From: Candidatus Beckwithbacteria bacterium
GTDB lineage: Bacteria; Patescibacteriota; Microgenomatia; UBA1400; CG1-02-47-37
Reading direction: 5' to 3'
Assembly (NCBI GenBank): GCA_026397255.1
Contig: JAPLVF010000013.1
Span: 150,062-214,061, forward strand
DNA: 64,000 bases
Shown here: in pieces, positions 54,967-64,000 of the stretch
Layout of the letters: each line of letters opens with the position of its first letter
Numbering within the stretch: the stretch's first letter is position 1
Notes under the pieces: model-generated
What the model was told of the DNA's origin: nothing
The model's database searches: none
What the model saw: only the letters and a program-made list of their open reading frames with translations
Program-made: the position numbers and the translations under genes

Positions 54967-55356
54967 TTAAGAAATTTTACAAATAATTTCGCCACCGACT
55001 GATAATTTTCTGGCCTCAGCCACGGTCATAATCCCTTTGGAAGTGGACAAAAGAGTCACTCCCCGGCCTTTAATTAAACGGTCAAGTTTAGCCACATCGG
55101 CGTAGTGCCGAACTCCGGGCCGGGAAATCCGGCGGACATTGGTCAGGGCCGGCTGGCGATTAATATATTTGAGATCGATGTTCAGATTTAAAAACGGTCT
55201 TTTGCCTTCAATTTTTAACCCCTTAAGATAATGATTGTTAATTAAAATTTTAACCAGCGCCTCTTTTAGCCGGGAATGAGGCACAATTAAGCTTTGGTGT
55301 TTGGCCAAATAAGCGTTTTTAATTCTGGTTAGTAAATCGGCAATCGGATCAGTCAT
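54967..55356 (-). CDS. rpsH: 30S ribosomal protein S8
   Basis: DPIADLLTRIKN, ISRPG, STSKG, GGE. Confidence 0.97.
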   Translation of the reverse strand: MTDPIADLLTRIKNAYLAKHQSLIVPHSRLKEALVKILINNHYLKGLKIEGKRPFLNLNIDLKYINRQPALTNVRRISRPGVRHYADVAKLDRLIKGRGVTLLSTSKGIMTVAEARKLSVGGEIICKIS

Positions 55357-55368
55357 AAATAAATATTT

Positions 55369-55554
55369 TTACCAGCTGGCTTTGGTAACTCCGGGTAATT
55401 CAGCTTTATGAGCCAGTTTACGAAAACATAAACGACACAAGCCAAAATGCCTAAGATAAGCCCGCGGCCGGCCGCACAATTTGCAGCGGTTGCGAAACCG
55501 GGTGGAAAACTTCGGTGGTTTAGCTTGTTTGGCAAAAAATTTAACTTTGGCCAT
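55369..55554 (-). CDS. rpsN: 30S ribosomal protein S14 (Zn type)
   Basis: [24 protein letters not shown]. Confidence 0.96.
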   Translation of the reverse strand: MAKVKFFAKQAKPPKFSTRFRNRCKLCGRPRAYLRHFGLCRLCFRKLAHKAELPGVTKASW

Positions 55555-55559
55555 ACTTG

Positions 55560-56117
55560 TCAACCCTTGGCTGATTTTTCCTTGGTAAATGGCAGGCCGA
55601 GTAATTCTAGTAACTTTAAGGCTTTTTGATTATCAGCGGCAGTGGTAACAATGGTTATCTGTAAGCCGCGAGTCTGGTCGATTGTATCATAATTGACTTC
55701 GCGAAAAATAATCTGTTCTTTAAAGCCCAGTGAATAATTACCATGACCATCAAAAGCAGTGCGGGAAATCCCCTGAAAGCCCTGTATCTGCGGCAAAACG
55801 ACGCTAATTAGTTTATCTAAGAAAGCGTACATTCTTTCCCCTCTTAAGGTGGCCATGACGCCAATCGGATCACCTTGTCTGATCTTAAAGGCGGCTTCGG
55901 CGGCCCGGGCCTTAGTAATCAGCGCTTTTTGGCCGGCAATTAAACTAAAATAGTCCTGAACTTTTTTCGCCACACTTTTGTCGCCGGCGCCTTCTTTAAT
56001 ACCAACATTTAAAACTATCTTGAGTAGGCGGGGAGCAGCCAGGTCATGCTTAAGCTTTAGTTCTTGCTTTAAGGCAGGTAAAACGGTTTTAAAATATTTT
56101 TCCTGTAAACGGTTCAT
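55560..56117 (-). CDS. rplE: 50S ribosomal protein L5
   Basis: [22 protein letters not shown]. Confidence 0.97.
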   Translation of the reverse strand: MNRLQEKYFKTVLPALKQELKLKHDLAAPRLLKIVLNVGIKEGAGDKSVAKKVQDYFSLIAGQKALITKARAAEAAFKIRQGDPIGVMATLRGERMYAFLDKLISVVLPQIQGFQGISRTAFDGHGNYSLGFKEQIIFREVNYDTIDQTRGLQITIVTTAADNQKALKLLELLGLPFTKEKSAKG

Positions 56118-56119
56118 AT

Positions 56120-56428
56120 TTAGTCAATGGGTTTCCCACATTTTTTACAAATTCTTAACTTTTTCTTCGCCGCTCCCTCAAAACCAATTCGGGTGACGCT
56201 ATGGCATTTAGGACAGATCAGGCTAATTTTAGCCAGATTTAAAGGCCGGGCTAAATCAACCATTGAACCAGCCTTACCTTCACCCCGGGCCTTAAGGTGT
56301 TTTTTATATAGATTAAGGCCAGTGACGGTAACGGCATTACTTTTAAGTAAAACTTTTTCAATTTTACCAGTTTTCCCCCGGTCTTTGCCGAGGGTAATTT
56401 TAACAGTATCGCCGACTTTAAATTTCAT
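56120..56428 (-). CDS. rplX: 50S ribosomal protein L24
   Basis: [19 protein letters not shown]; CxxC...CxxC. Confidence 0.96.
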   Translation of the reverse strand: MKFKVGDTVKITLGKDRGKTGKIEKVLLKSNAVTVTGLNLYKKHLKARGEGKAGSMVDLARPLNLAKISLICPKCHSVTRIGFEGAAKKKLRICKKCGKPID

Positions 56429-56799
56429 AATACCTCCGGAGCCAAAGAGGCAATTTTACTGTAGCCTAAATTTTTAACTTCACGGGCAATGGGGCCAAAA
56501 ATACGGCTGGCCTTAGGCTCTTTGGTCTTAACATTGTCTAAAATAACCGCGGCATTGTCGTCAAAACGAATATAAGAACCGTCCTGACGGCGCTGTTCTT
56601 TGGCCACCCGGACGACCACGGCTTTAACCACTTCGCCTTTTTTAACCGCCGAAGTAGGGCTGGCTTCAATGACCGAAGCTGTGACCAAATCACCTAAGTA
56701 GCCGGTTTTACGCTTAAAACCGCCGTGAACCAGAAAGACCCGGAGCGATTTGGCCCCGGAATTATCAGCCACTTTAAGAACGGTTCTTAATTGAATCAT
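56425..56799 (-). CDS. rplN: 50S ribosomal protein L14
   Basis: [19 protein letters not shown]. Confidence 0.97.
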   Translation of the reverse strand: MIQLRTVLKVADNSGAKSLRVFLVHGGFKRKTGYLGDLVTASVIEASPTSAVKKGEVVKAVVVRVAKEQRRQDGSYIRFDDNAAVILDNVKTKEPKASRIFGPIAREVKNLGYSKIASLAPEVL

Positions 56800-57020
56800 A
56801 TTTTTTTAATTACTTTCCATTTTTTTCTTTTACTTAAAGGTCGGCATTCATGAATTATGACTTTGTCGCCCAATTTTAGGGGAAGTTCATTGTGAGCTAA
56901 ATATTTTTTCCGCCGGGTAATCGTTTTAGCATATAGGGGATGCGTCCAACGGCGCACTACTTCTATGACGACAGTTTTAAGCATTTTCGTACTGACAACT
57001 GAACCGGTAATTTGTTTCAT
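56796..57020 (-). CDS. rpsQ: 30S ribosomal protein S17
   Basis: [21 protein letters not shown]. Confidence 0.96.
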   Translation of the reverse strand: MKQITGSVVSTKMLKTVVIEVVRRWTHPLYAKTITRRKKYLAHNELPLKLGDKVIIHECRPLSKRKKWKVIKKI

Positions 57021-57175
57021 AGATTTGTTTTTAATCTAGCAATTTGCTTTTTAATTTTTTTTATTTGACTGGTGTCTTTTAATTTATTGGCTTTTAAGTC
57101 CAGCCTAAGCTTGGCCAGGTCTATTTGCAGCTGACTTAAATTTTTTGATGGTTCGGTTTGATCTTTTTTGGTCAT
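57017..57175 (-). CDS. rpmC: 50S ribosomal protein L29, short (not in ORF track)
   Basis: Manual translation MTKKDQ...[21 protein letters not shown] (52 aa), between rplP and rpsQ. Confidence 0.88.
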   Translation of the reverse strand: MTKKDQTEPSKNLSQLQIDLAKLRLDLKANKLKDTSQIKKIKKQIARLKTNL

Positions 57176-57579
57176 AGTTTAGCAACAAATTTAGTTTTTA
57201 AGGGCAATTTTTGAGTAGCCAAACGGAAAGATTCCCGGGCAGTTGGTTCATCGACACCGGCTAATTCAAAGAGAATCCGGCCGGGACGAATAACACAAAC
57301 ATAGCCTTCAATTTCACCTTTACCACCGCCCATGCGGACGCCCGGACCCTTGTGAGTGTAACTTTTATCAGGAAAAATGCGAATCCATAAACGGCCGCCG
57401 CGCTTAGTTTCATGGGTAATGGCCTTCCGGGCGGCTTCAATTTGCCGGGAAGTCAGCCAACCACAGGTCATCGCCTTAAGGCCAAATTCACCAAATTCTA
57501 TCTTGGCCCCGGCTTGGCTTAAGCCGCGCATTCGGCCGCGAAATTGTTTACGGTATTTTTGGCGTTTAGGCTGAAGCAT
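57172..57579 (-). CDS. rplP: 50S ribosomal protein L16
   Basis: [24 protein letters not shown]. Confidence 0.97.
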   Translation of the reverse strand: MLQPKRQKYRKQFRGRMRGLSQAGAKIEFGEFGLKAMTCGWLTSRQIEAARKAITHETKRGGRLWIRIFPDKSYTHKGPGVRMGGGKGEIEGYVCVIRPGRILFELAGVDEPTARESFRLATQKLPLKTKFVAKL

Positions 57580-57583
57580 ATGG

Positions 57584-58261
57584 TTAATTTATTTCCCCCT
57601 CTCCTTTATAAATCCAGACTTTAATGCCGACATAACCATATTTAGTAAAAGCCGGCTGTTCGAAATAATCAATGTCGCTTCTTAAAGTACTCAAGGGAAT
57701 ACTCCCCTGGCTGAATTTTTCCCGACGGGAAATTTCGGCGCCATTGATACGGCCAGATAAGAGAATTTTAATCCCCTTGGCGCCACTGCTCATGGTTTTT
57801 TCAATTGCCTGAGCCACGGCTCGACGATGAGGATAACGTTTATTAAGCTGTTCGGCAATTCGCAAACCGGTTAATCGGGCAGATAAGTCCGGATTTTTAA
57901 CTTCAACCACGTTAAGCTCAAATTTCGGAGCCTGCCTGCCGGCAGGCAGGCTTTTTCCGGATTTAAGATCCAGCTTTAACTTCCCAATAATGGCTTTCTT
58001 TAGTTCTTCCAGGCCAGCGCCGCCGCGGCCAATCACGACTCCCGGCCGGGCAACAGAAAGAGTAATTTTGATCGTGTTAATTGACCGGTCAATTTTAACG
58101 TCGGTAATCCCGGCCAGTCTAAGTTTTTCAAATAAAAACCGTCGCAGTTTAATGTCCTCTAAAAGAAACTGGTGGTAGGTTTCGCCTTCGGCAAACCAGT
58201 TGGAAACCCAACCATAAAGTTTACCGAGACGAAAACCTAATGGATTAACTTTTTGACCCAT
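57584..58261 (-). CDS. rpsC: 30S ribosomal protein S3
   Basis: [29 protein letters not shown]. Confidence 0.97.
   Translation of the reverse strand: MGQKVNPLGFRLGKLYGWVSNWFAEGETYHQFLLEDIKLRRFLFEKLRLAGITDVKIDRSINTIKITLSVARPGVVIGRGGAGLEELKKAIIGKLKLDLKSGKSLPAGRQAPKFELNVVEVKNPDLSARLTGLRIAEQLNKRYPHRRAVAQAIEKTMSSGAKGIKILLSGRINGAEISRREKFSQGSIPLSTLRSDIDYFEQPAFTKYGYVGIKVWIYKGEGEIN
57929..57952. repeat. Perfect 24-bp palindrome inside rpsC (encodes SLPAGRQA)
   Basis: AGCCTGCCTGCC|GGCAGGCAGGCT, exactly 8 codons. Confidence 0.9.
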
Positions 58262-58607
58262 GTTTATCAGCCTGTGGCTGACTCTCCAGAATAATTTTAA
58301 TGTGACTGGTGCGTTTTTTTATCGGGTGGGCGCGGCCCCGGGAAATCGGCTGTGACCGTTTATAAACCGGTCCGGCGTTCACTTCAATTAATTGAATTGT
58401 CAAACTATCTTTGGCTAAATGATGATTATTAACGGCATTGGCCACCGCCTGCTGTAAAACCTTAAGCACCGGGGTGGCGGCTTTCTGCGGCAAATGTTTT
58501 AATGTCAGCAAGGCTTCGGCAATCGGCATCGGCCGAATTAAGTCGGCAACCAAACGAGCTTTTCTGGGATTAATACGGATAAATTTGCTGGAGGCTTTAA
58601 TTTGCAT
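58245..58607 (-). CDS. rplV: 50S ribosomal protein L22
   Basis: PRKARLVADLIR, AVANA, KRTSHI. Confidence 0.97.
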   Translation of the reverse strand: MQIKASSKFIRINPRKARLVADLIRPMPIAEALLTLKHLPQKAATPVLKVLQQAVANAVNNHHLAKDSLTIQLIEVNAGPVYKRSQPISRGRAHPIKKRTSHIKIILESQPQADKHGSKS

Positions 58608-58611
58608 ATTT

Positions 58612-58893
58612 TTAGGTTTTGGTTAATAAGCGTTTAACCATCTTGCCGTGACCCCTAAAGGTCCGGGTAGGAGAAAATTCCCCTAAGCGATGGCCGACCA
58701 TAGATTCATTGACAAAAACATCAATAAATTTGCGGCCGTTATGGACCTGAAAAGTCACCCCGACAAACTCCGGCGGAATCTGACTTTTTCTGGACCAGGT
58801 TTTGATGGGTGTTTTTTTACCCACCTCTTTCTGCTTGTTTATTTTCTGCAAAAGCCGCTCATCAACAAATGGTCCTTTTTTTGAGCTGCGCAT
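58612..58893 (-). CDS. rpsS: 30S ribosomal protein S19
   Basis: [22 protein letters not shown]. Confidence 0.97.
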   Translation of the reverse strand: MRSSKKGPFVDERLLQKINKQKEVGKKTPIKTWSRKSQIPPEFVGVTFQVHNGRKFIDVFVNESMVGHRLGEFSPTRTFRGHGKMVKRLLTKT

Positions 58894-58894
58894 A

Positions 58895-59722
58895 TTATTT
58901 TATCCGCCTGTCTTTAATAATAAATTTTTTAGAATAGCGCCGGCGGCTGCGAGTTTTTTTACCCAAGGTCTTTTTACCCCAAGGAGAAACCGGGGAAGGC
59001 CGGCCAATGCCGGATCGACCTTCGCCGCCGCCATGAGGATGGGAATTAGGATGCTGGGCAATCCCCCGGACAGTCGGTTTAATCCCTAAATGACGCTTCC
59101 GGCCGGCTTTGCCCAGCTTAATGTTTTTTAACTCCGGGTTAGAAACTTCGCCTATTGTAGCATAACAGCTCAGGGAAATTTGCCGGACTTCACCGGAAGG
59201 CAGTTTAATAATCGCTTGTTTGTCTTTACTCTGCAAAACCGCGGCATTGCCGGCAGAGCGAACTAACTGGCCGCCTTTATGGGGGGTAAGCTCCAAATTA
59301 TGAACCAAGCTGCCAACCGGAATGTTGGTTAAGGGCAGGGCATTACCGGGTCTGACCGGAGCGGCCGGACCGGCAATCACTTCGTGGCCAATTTTTAGTC
59401 CCTGGGGGGCTAAAATATATCTTTTCTCGCCATCGGCATAAACTAAAAGGGCAATGTGGGCGGAGCGGTTGGGGTCAAATTCCAAAGTGACCACCTGGGC
59501 AGGAATATCCCGCTTATCGCGCTTAAAATCGATGACCCGATAAAGATGACGGTTTTGACCGCCTTGATGGCGGACGGTTAATTTTCCGGTATTATTCCGG
59601 CCGGCATGATAGGTTAAGGTCCTGATCAGGGTTTTTGGCGGCCGGACTTTGGATAAATAAGATAAATCCAAATCGGTCCGGTGGCGGCGGCTGGAAGTGA
59701 TTGCCTTATGGTGTTTGATCAT
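58895..59722 (-). CDS. rplB: 50S ribosomal protein L2
   Basis: [21 protein letters not shown]. Confidence 0.98.
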   Translation of the reverse strand: MIKHHKAITSSRRHRTDLDLSYLSKVRPPKTLIRTLTYHAGRNNTGKLTVRHQGGQNRHLYRVIDFKRDKRDIPAQVVTLEFDPNRSAHIALLVYADGEKRYILAPQGLKIGHEVIAGPAAPVRPGNALPLTNIPVGSLVHNLELTPHKGGQLVRSAGNAAVLQSKDKQAIIKLPSGEVRQISLSCYATIGEVSNPELKNIKLGKAGRKRHLGIKPTVRGIAQHPNSHPHGGGEGRSGIGRPSPVSPWGKKTLGKKTRSRRRYSKKFIIKDRRIK

Positions 59723-60036
59723 TGCTTCTTCTCTTTCTTAACTTTCTTTGCCTTTTTCTCTTCAGGCACAGCAAAGTATTCAATCATTTGGCCCGGTTTT
59801 AAAGTAACAACCGTCTTATGCTTGGCGGCCAGGGTAACAGAAAAACCTCTTTTACCGGTCCGGTGGCTTTTAGCAGCATTAGTTAACATCCTGACTTTAA
59901 GGACATTAACATTAAAAGCCTTCTCTACTAATTCCCTAACCTGGGTTTTGGTCGTCTCTTTTGAGACTCCAAAAGTAAATTGGCCAGATTGGGCCAAACG
60001 CATAGATTTTTCGGAAATTACCGGTTTAAGCAACAT
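59719..60036 (-). CDS. rplW: 50S ribosomal protein L23
   Basis: PVISEKS, VEKAFNVNV; operon position. Confidence 0.93.
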   Translation of the reverse strand: MLLKPVISEKSMRLAQSGQFTFGVSKETTKTQVRELVEKAFNVNVLKVRMLTNAAKSHRTGKRGFSVTLAAKHKTVVTLKPGQMIEYFAVPEEKKAKKVKKEKKQ

Positions 60037-60658
60037 AGTGCTTTTCCAAAGCCTTAAGGGCTTCTTTGGTAAAAATTAAATGGCGGCTATTAAGCGCTTG
60101 ATAGGTGTTGAGAGAGGTGGCTAAAGACAAGGTTAAATATTCCAGGTTAGCGGAGCCTCTTTTAATCGTCTGGTTAGTTTTATCTAACAGCAATAATAAT
60201 TTCTTGGGGGATTTAATAAGGGCGTGAAAAATTTTATCAAACGCCTTGGTTTTGGCTTTAACTTTATCTAAACCGTCAACAACTAAAATTTCTTTATTTT
60301 TGAATTTGGTTGTCAGGGCGCTGAATAAGCTTAACTGTTTCATTTTTTGAGGAAATTTAAGGGTGTAATTTTGAGTGCCGGTCGGACCATGGGCCTTGCC
60401 GCCGCCGACAAAAATCGGGGCATTGCGGCTGCCGTGACGGGCACGGCCGGTGCCTTTTTGGCGCCACACTTTAGCCTTGGTAACGTCAACGTCACCGCGG
60501 CGTTTGGTCTGAGCATTAGCCAATCTTTGATTGGCAAGGTAAACCCGAACAGCTTGGGCCATTAAGTTTTGGTTAATTTTGGCCCCGAAAATTTTCTCGC
60601 TCACTGTTAAAGGTGTTAATTTTGTGCCACTGGTAGAATAAACGTCAATTTTTAACAT
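60026..60658 (-). CDS. rplD: 50S ribosomal protein L4
   Basis: RQKGTGRARHG, GGGKAHGP. Confidence 0.97.
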   Translation of the reverse strand: MLKIDVYSTSGTKLTPLTVSEKIFGAKINQNLMAQAVRVYLANQRLANAQTKRRGDVDVTKAKVWRQKGTGRARHGSRNAPIFVGGGKAHGPTGTQNYTLKFPQKMKQLSLFSALTTKFKNKEILVVDGLDKVKAKTKAFDKIFHALIKSPKKLLLLLDKTNQTIKRGSANLEYLTLSLATSLNTYQALNSRHLIFTKEALKALEKHYVA

Positions 60659-61232
60659 GGGCTTTACTTAATTTAATTAATGAGTGACGGGCGCCGGGAA
60701 CAGTGCCGCTGACGACTAAAAGATTGGTGGTGGTATCAAAACTAATCACGGTTAAGTTTCTGACACTAACGGTTTCGTCGCCCATGTGACCGGCCATACG
60801 ATGACCTTTCCAAACCCGACCGGGTGTAGTTCTCATGCCGATTGAGCCGGGAGCCCGTTGACGGTCAGATTGGCCATGGGTTTGGCCGCCAACGCCTTTA
60901 AAATGATGGCGCTTAACCACACCGGCAAAACCCTTACCTTTAGAAATCCCGCTGACTTTAATTAGTTCGCCGGGCTTTAAGACATCAGCCAGTTTGATTT
61001 GATCGTTAATTTTAAGCTGGGGTTCTTCAGTCAGACGGATTTCGCGGCGCCAGAATTTATGGGCGGTTTTTGGCAGTTGACAGAGAATCGCCCAGTAACC
61101 GTCTTTGGCGACGGTTTTTACCTGGACGACAGTTAAAGGCAGGGCCTGAAGTTTAGTCACCACGCTTAAATTACCTTTTTCGTCAAAGACTTGAGAGGTT
61201 TCCAGTTTGGTAACAAAAAAGTCACTAATCAT
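60645..61232 (-). CDS. rplC: 50S ribosomal protein L3
   Basis: SKGKGFAGVVKRH, RAPGSIG, MAGHMG. Confidence 0.97.
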   Translation of the reverse strand: MISDFFVTKLETSQVFDEKGNLSVVTKLQALPLTVVQVKTVAKDGYWAILCQLPKTAHKFWRREIRLTEEPQLKINDQIKLADVLKPGELIKVSGISKGKGFAGVVKRHHFKGVGGQTHGQSDRQRAPGSIGMRTTPGRVWKGHRMAGHMGDETVSVRNLTVISFDTTTNLLVVSGTVPGARHSLIKLSKAHVKN

Positions 61233-61237
61233 ATGAT

Positions 61238-61546
61238 TTACATCCTCACTTCAATTCCCACTCCGGCAGGCAATTCCAGATGCATTAAGCTGTCAATGGT
61301 TTTGTCGGTAGAATCGATAATGTCAATGAGGCGTTTATGGGTTAAAAGTTGAAAGTGCTCCCGGGCGTTTTTATCGGTAAAAGGGCTGGAGTTGACACAA
61401 ATGAGTTTCCTTCTGGTGGGTAGAGGCACCGGTCCAATAACTTTAGCTCCGGTGGAAAGAGCCGTATCCAGAATTTTTTGGCAGCATTCATCGATGATCC
61501 GATGATCATATGATTTTAATCTGATACGTATGCGTCCTTTTGGCAT
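61238..61546 (-). CDS. rpsJ: 30S ribosomal protein S10
   Basis: IRIRLKSYD, GPVPLPT, HKRLIDI. Confidence 0.97.
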   Translation of the reverse strand: MPKGRIRIRLKSYDHRIIDECCQKILDTALSTGAKVIGPVPLPTRRKLICVNSSPFTDKNAREHFQLLTHKRLIDIIDSTDKTIDSLMHLELPAGVGIEVRM

Positions 61547-61560
61547 AATATTTAAATAGC

Positions 61561-61584
61561 AAGATGAGCCCGAAGGCTCATCTT
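61561..61584 (-). other. Stable cUUCGg hairpin between tuf and rpsJ
   Basis: Minus strand AAGATGAGCC-TTCG-GGCTCATCTT, 10-bp perfect stem, no long U tract. Confidence 0.55.
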
Positions 61585-61616
61585 ACCAGATTTTTTTTAA
61601 GAGTAAATACTGGTTT

Positions 61617-62795
61617 TTAAGCCAGAATTTTAGTAATAACTCCGGCACCGACAGTTAAACCACCCTCGCGGATAGCAAACCTTAAACCTTCTTCTAAGGC
61701 TACCGGCTGAATTAACTTGACGTTCATCTTGGCATCGTCGCCAGGCATGACCATCTCGACGCCTTTTTGCAAAGTCACGTCACCGGTAACATCGGTCGTA
61801 CGGATATAAAACTGGGGTTTATAACCGGAAAAGAAAGGCGTATGGCGACCACCTTCTTCTTTACTCAAGATATAAACCTGAGCCTCAAATTCGGTGTGGG
61901 CCTTAGCTGAACCGGGCTTGGCTAAAACCTGTCCCCGTTCAACCTGGTCTTTTTCAATGCCGCGCAGCAAAATTCCGACATTGTCTCCGGCTAAACCCTC
62001 ATCAAGCTGTTTTCTAAACATCTCGACACCGGTAACAACGGATTTTTTAGTTTCTTTAAGGCCGACGATTTCAATTTCCTCGCCAACTTTAATTTTACCC
62101 CGGTCAATCCGACCGGTAGCGACCGTGCCGCGGCCTTTAATCGAGAAAACATCCTCAACTGCCATTAAGAAAGGCTGGTCGGTCGCCCGTTTCGGCTCGG
62201 GAATGTATTCATCCAAAGCTTTCAATAAAGCTTCGATAGGCTTCTCAGCCTCCGGGTCACCCTGCAAAGCTTTTAAAGCTGAGCCGCGGATAACTGGGAT
62301 TTCTTTACCGGGAAATTCGTACTTGGTTAAGAGTTCACGAATTTCCTCTTCCACCAAATCAATCATTTCTTTATCATCAACCGCATCACATTTGTTTAAG
62401 AAAACCACGATGGCCGGCACGTTAACCTGCCGGGCCAAAAGAATGTGCTCGCGGGTCTGAGGCATTGGACCATCAGTAGCGGCCACCACTAAAATCGCGC
62501 CATCCATCTGGGCGGCACCGGTGATCATGTTCTTGATGTAGTCTTTGTGACCCGGACAGTCAATGTGAGCATAGTGGCGTTTTTCAGTTTCGTACTCCAA
62601 ATGAGTAATGGAAATCGTAATGCCGCGCTCACGTTCCTCCGGGGATTTATCGATGTCCTCGAATTTCATGGCCTGAGCCAGGTTTTTCTTGGCTAAATAT
62701 TGAGTAATGGCCGCTGAAAGCGTGGTTTTACCATGATCGACATGACCAATAGTGCCCACGTTTAAGTGCGGTTTCGTGCGTTTGTAAACTGCCAT
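61617..62795 (-). CDS. tuf: Elongation factor Tu
   Basis: [23 protein letters not shown]; SD AGGAGG upstream. Confidence 0.99.
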   Translation of the reverse strand: MAVYKRTKPHLNVGTIGHVDHGKTTLSAAITQYLAKKNLAQAMKFEDIDKSPEERERGITISITHLEYETEKRHYAHIDCPGHKDYIKNMITGAAQMDGAILVVAATDGPMPQTREHILLARQVNVPAIVVFLNKCDAVDDKEMIDLVEEEIRELLTKYEFPGKEIPVIRGSALKALQGDPEAEKPIEALLKALDEYIPEPKRATDQPFLMAVEDVFSIKGRGTVATGRIDRGKIKVGEEIEIVGLKETKKSVVTGVEMFRKQLDEGLAGDNVGILLRGIEKDQVERGQVLAKPGSAKAHTEFEAQVYILSKEEGGRHTPFFSGYKPQFYIRTTDVTGDVTLQKGVEMVMPGDDAKMNVKLIQPVALEEGLRFAIREGGLTVGAGVITKILA

Positions 62796-62845
62796 AAAGC
62801 CTCCTAAATTAGATAATTAGATAAATAGATAGCTAGTTTCATATT

Positions 62846-64000
62846 TTAACGTCTTTTGGAAGATTTTTCATCTCCTGTTTCGGCCGAGCCGGGTTTGGCT
62901 TTGGCAATAATTTTTTGAGCAATATTATTCGGGACTTCTTCATAGTGGCTGGGCTCCATGTAAAAACTGGCCCGGCCTTGAGTCATGGAGCGTAAAATTG
63001 TCGCGTATTGGGGCATTTCCGCCAAGGGAACTTCGGCGTTAATAATTAAGACCCGACCGCGTTTGGCAGTCCCCAAAATCCGAGCGCGTTTTTTAGATAA
63101 ATCGCCAATGACCTCGCCCATGAATTCTTCCGGTGAAGAGACTTCGAGCTTCATAATCGGCTCTAAAAGAACCGGATCAGCTTGTTTGACGGCTGACTGA
63201 AAAGCCATGGAGCCGGCAATTTTGAAGGCAATTTCCGAGGAGTCAACGTCGTGATAAGAACCGTCATAAACGGCCACTTTAACGTCGACTAAAGGAAAGC
63301 CGGCAATCACGCCATTTTCGGCCGCTTCTTTAGCACCTTTACCAATCGGGGGGATAAACTCGCGGGGAATGGAACCGCCGGTAATTTCGGAAACAAACTC
63401 AAAACCTTCCCCACGGGCTTTGGGCTCAACCCGTAGCAAACAGTGACCGTACTGGCCGTGGCCGCCGGTTTGCTTAATATATTTACCTTCAGCCTGGGCG
63501 GCTTTTTTGATGGTCTCTTTGTAGGCAACTTGCGGCTGGCCGGTATTGGCTTCGACATGAAATTCCCGCTTCATCCGGTCCACTAAAATGTCCAGATGCA
63601 GTTCGCCCATGCCGGAAATAATCGTCTGGCCGGTTTCGGGGTCGGATTTAATGGTAAAAGTCGGATCTTCTTCGCCAAGGCGGTTTAAGGCAAAGCCCAT
63701 TTTTTCCTGATCGGCTTTGGTTTTAGGTTCGATCGCCAGGGAAATAACCGGATCGGTAAAGGTAATGCCTTCAAGAACAATCGGGTGAGCATCATCAGTT
63801 AAAGTATTGCCGGTGGTGGTATCTTTTAAACCAACCAGGGCGACAATTTCGCCGGAAAAGGCTTCGGGGATTTCCTCCCGGTCATTGGCATGCATTAATA
63901 ACAGACGGCCGATGCGCTCTTTTTTATCTTTGGTAGAGTTATAGACATAACTACCTGATTTTAAAGTGCCTGAATAAATCCGGACATAAGTTAAACGGCC
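62846..64000 (-). CDS. fusA: Elongation factor G (C-terminal part; 5' end outside window)
   Basis: [33 protein letters not shown]. Confidence 0.97.
   Translation of the reverse strand, partial: GRLTYVRIYSGTLKSGSYVYNSTKDKKERIGRLLLMHANDREEIPEAFSGEIVALVGLKDTTTGNTLTDDAHPIVLEGITFTDPVISLAIEPKTKADQEKMGFALNRLGEEDPTFTIKSDPETGQTIISGMGELHLDILVDRMKREFHVEANTGQPQVAYKETIKKAAQAEGKYIKQTGGHGQYGHCLLRVEPKARGEGFEFVSEITGGSIPREFIPPIGKGAKEAAENGVIAGFPLVDVKVAVYDGSYHDVDSSEIAFKIAGSMAFQSAVKQADPVLLEPIMKLEVSSPEEFMGEVIGDLSKKRARILGTAKRGRVLIINAEVPLAEMPQYATILRSMTQGRASFYMEPSHYEEVPNNIAQKIIAKAKPGSAETGDEKSSKRR

Noticed and set aside
61894-62460. 188-aa ORF antisense to tuf, and similar antisense ORFs across the ribosomal cluster
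   Set aside because: Typical shadow frames of conserved genes with no independent signals
62810-62836. Degenerate 8-bp-period repeat (TAGATAAT) between fusA and tuf
   Set aside because: Short, AT-rich, single locus; cannot be distinguished from local slippage

Overview
Gene-dense 64 kb chromosomal segment of a small-genome bacterium, most consistent with Patescibacteria/CPR (Microgenomates-like). The evidence is the lack of L30 in the spc operon, a short GAD-less AspRS, very short intergenic spaces and TGA used as stop; the taxonomy is inference. The window holds mostly housekeeping genes: typA, folA/thyA, gltX, aspS, recJ, cca, secDF, uppP, a MgtA-type ATPase, miaAB, hup, rny, recAX, dus, the full S10-spc-alpha cluster, tuf and partial fusA. 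It also has RNase P RNA, tRNA-Pro(GGG), a RelE/HigB-HTH toxin-antitoxin pair and a RAYT/Y1 HUH transposase. The less obvious layer has four parts. (1) Five copies of a 21-bp REP palindrome, two flanking the RAYT gene, always sit in sense orientation at gene 3' ends; in three cases they encode the C-terminus H(T/I)PGV and the stop codon. (2) Two cargo insertions (a radical SAM gene and the TA pair) are each followed by a stranded, synonymously diverged copy of the upstream host gene's last codons. (3) Several other small palindrome families are read in frame inside core proteins (ThyA, uS3, MiaA, RNase Y and others), and related sequences form variable helices of RNase P RNA. (4) Many genes show leaderless-type promoter architecture, and one ORF starts on the base right after the tRNA CCA.
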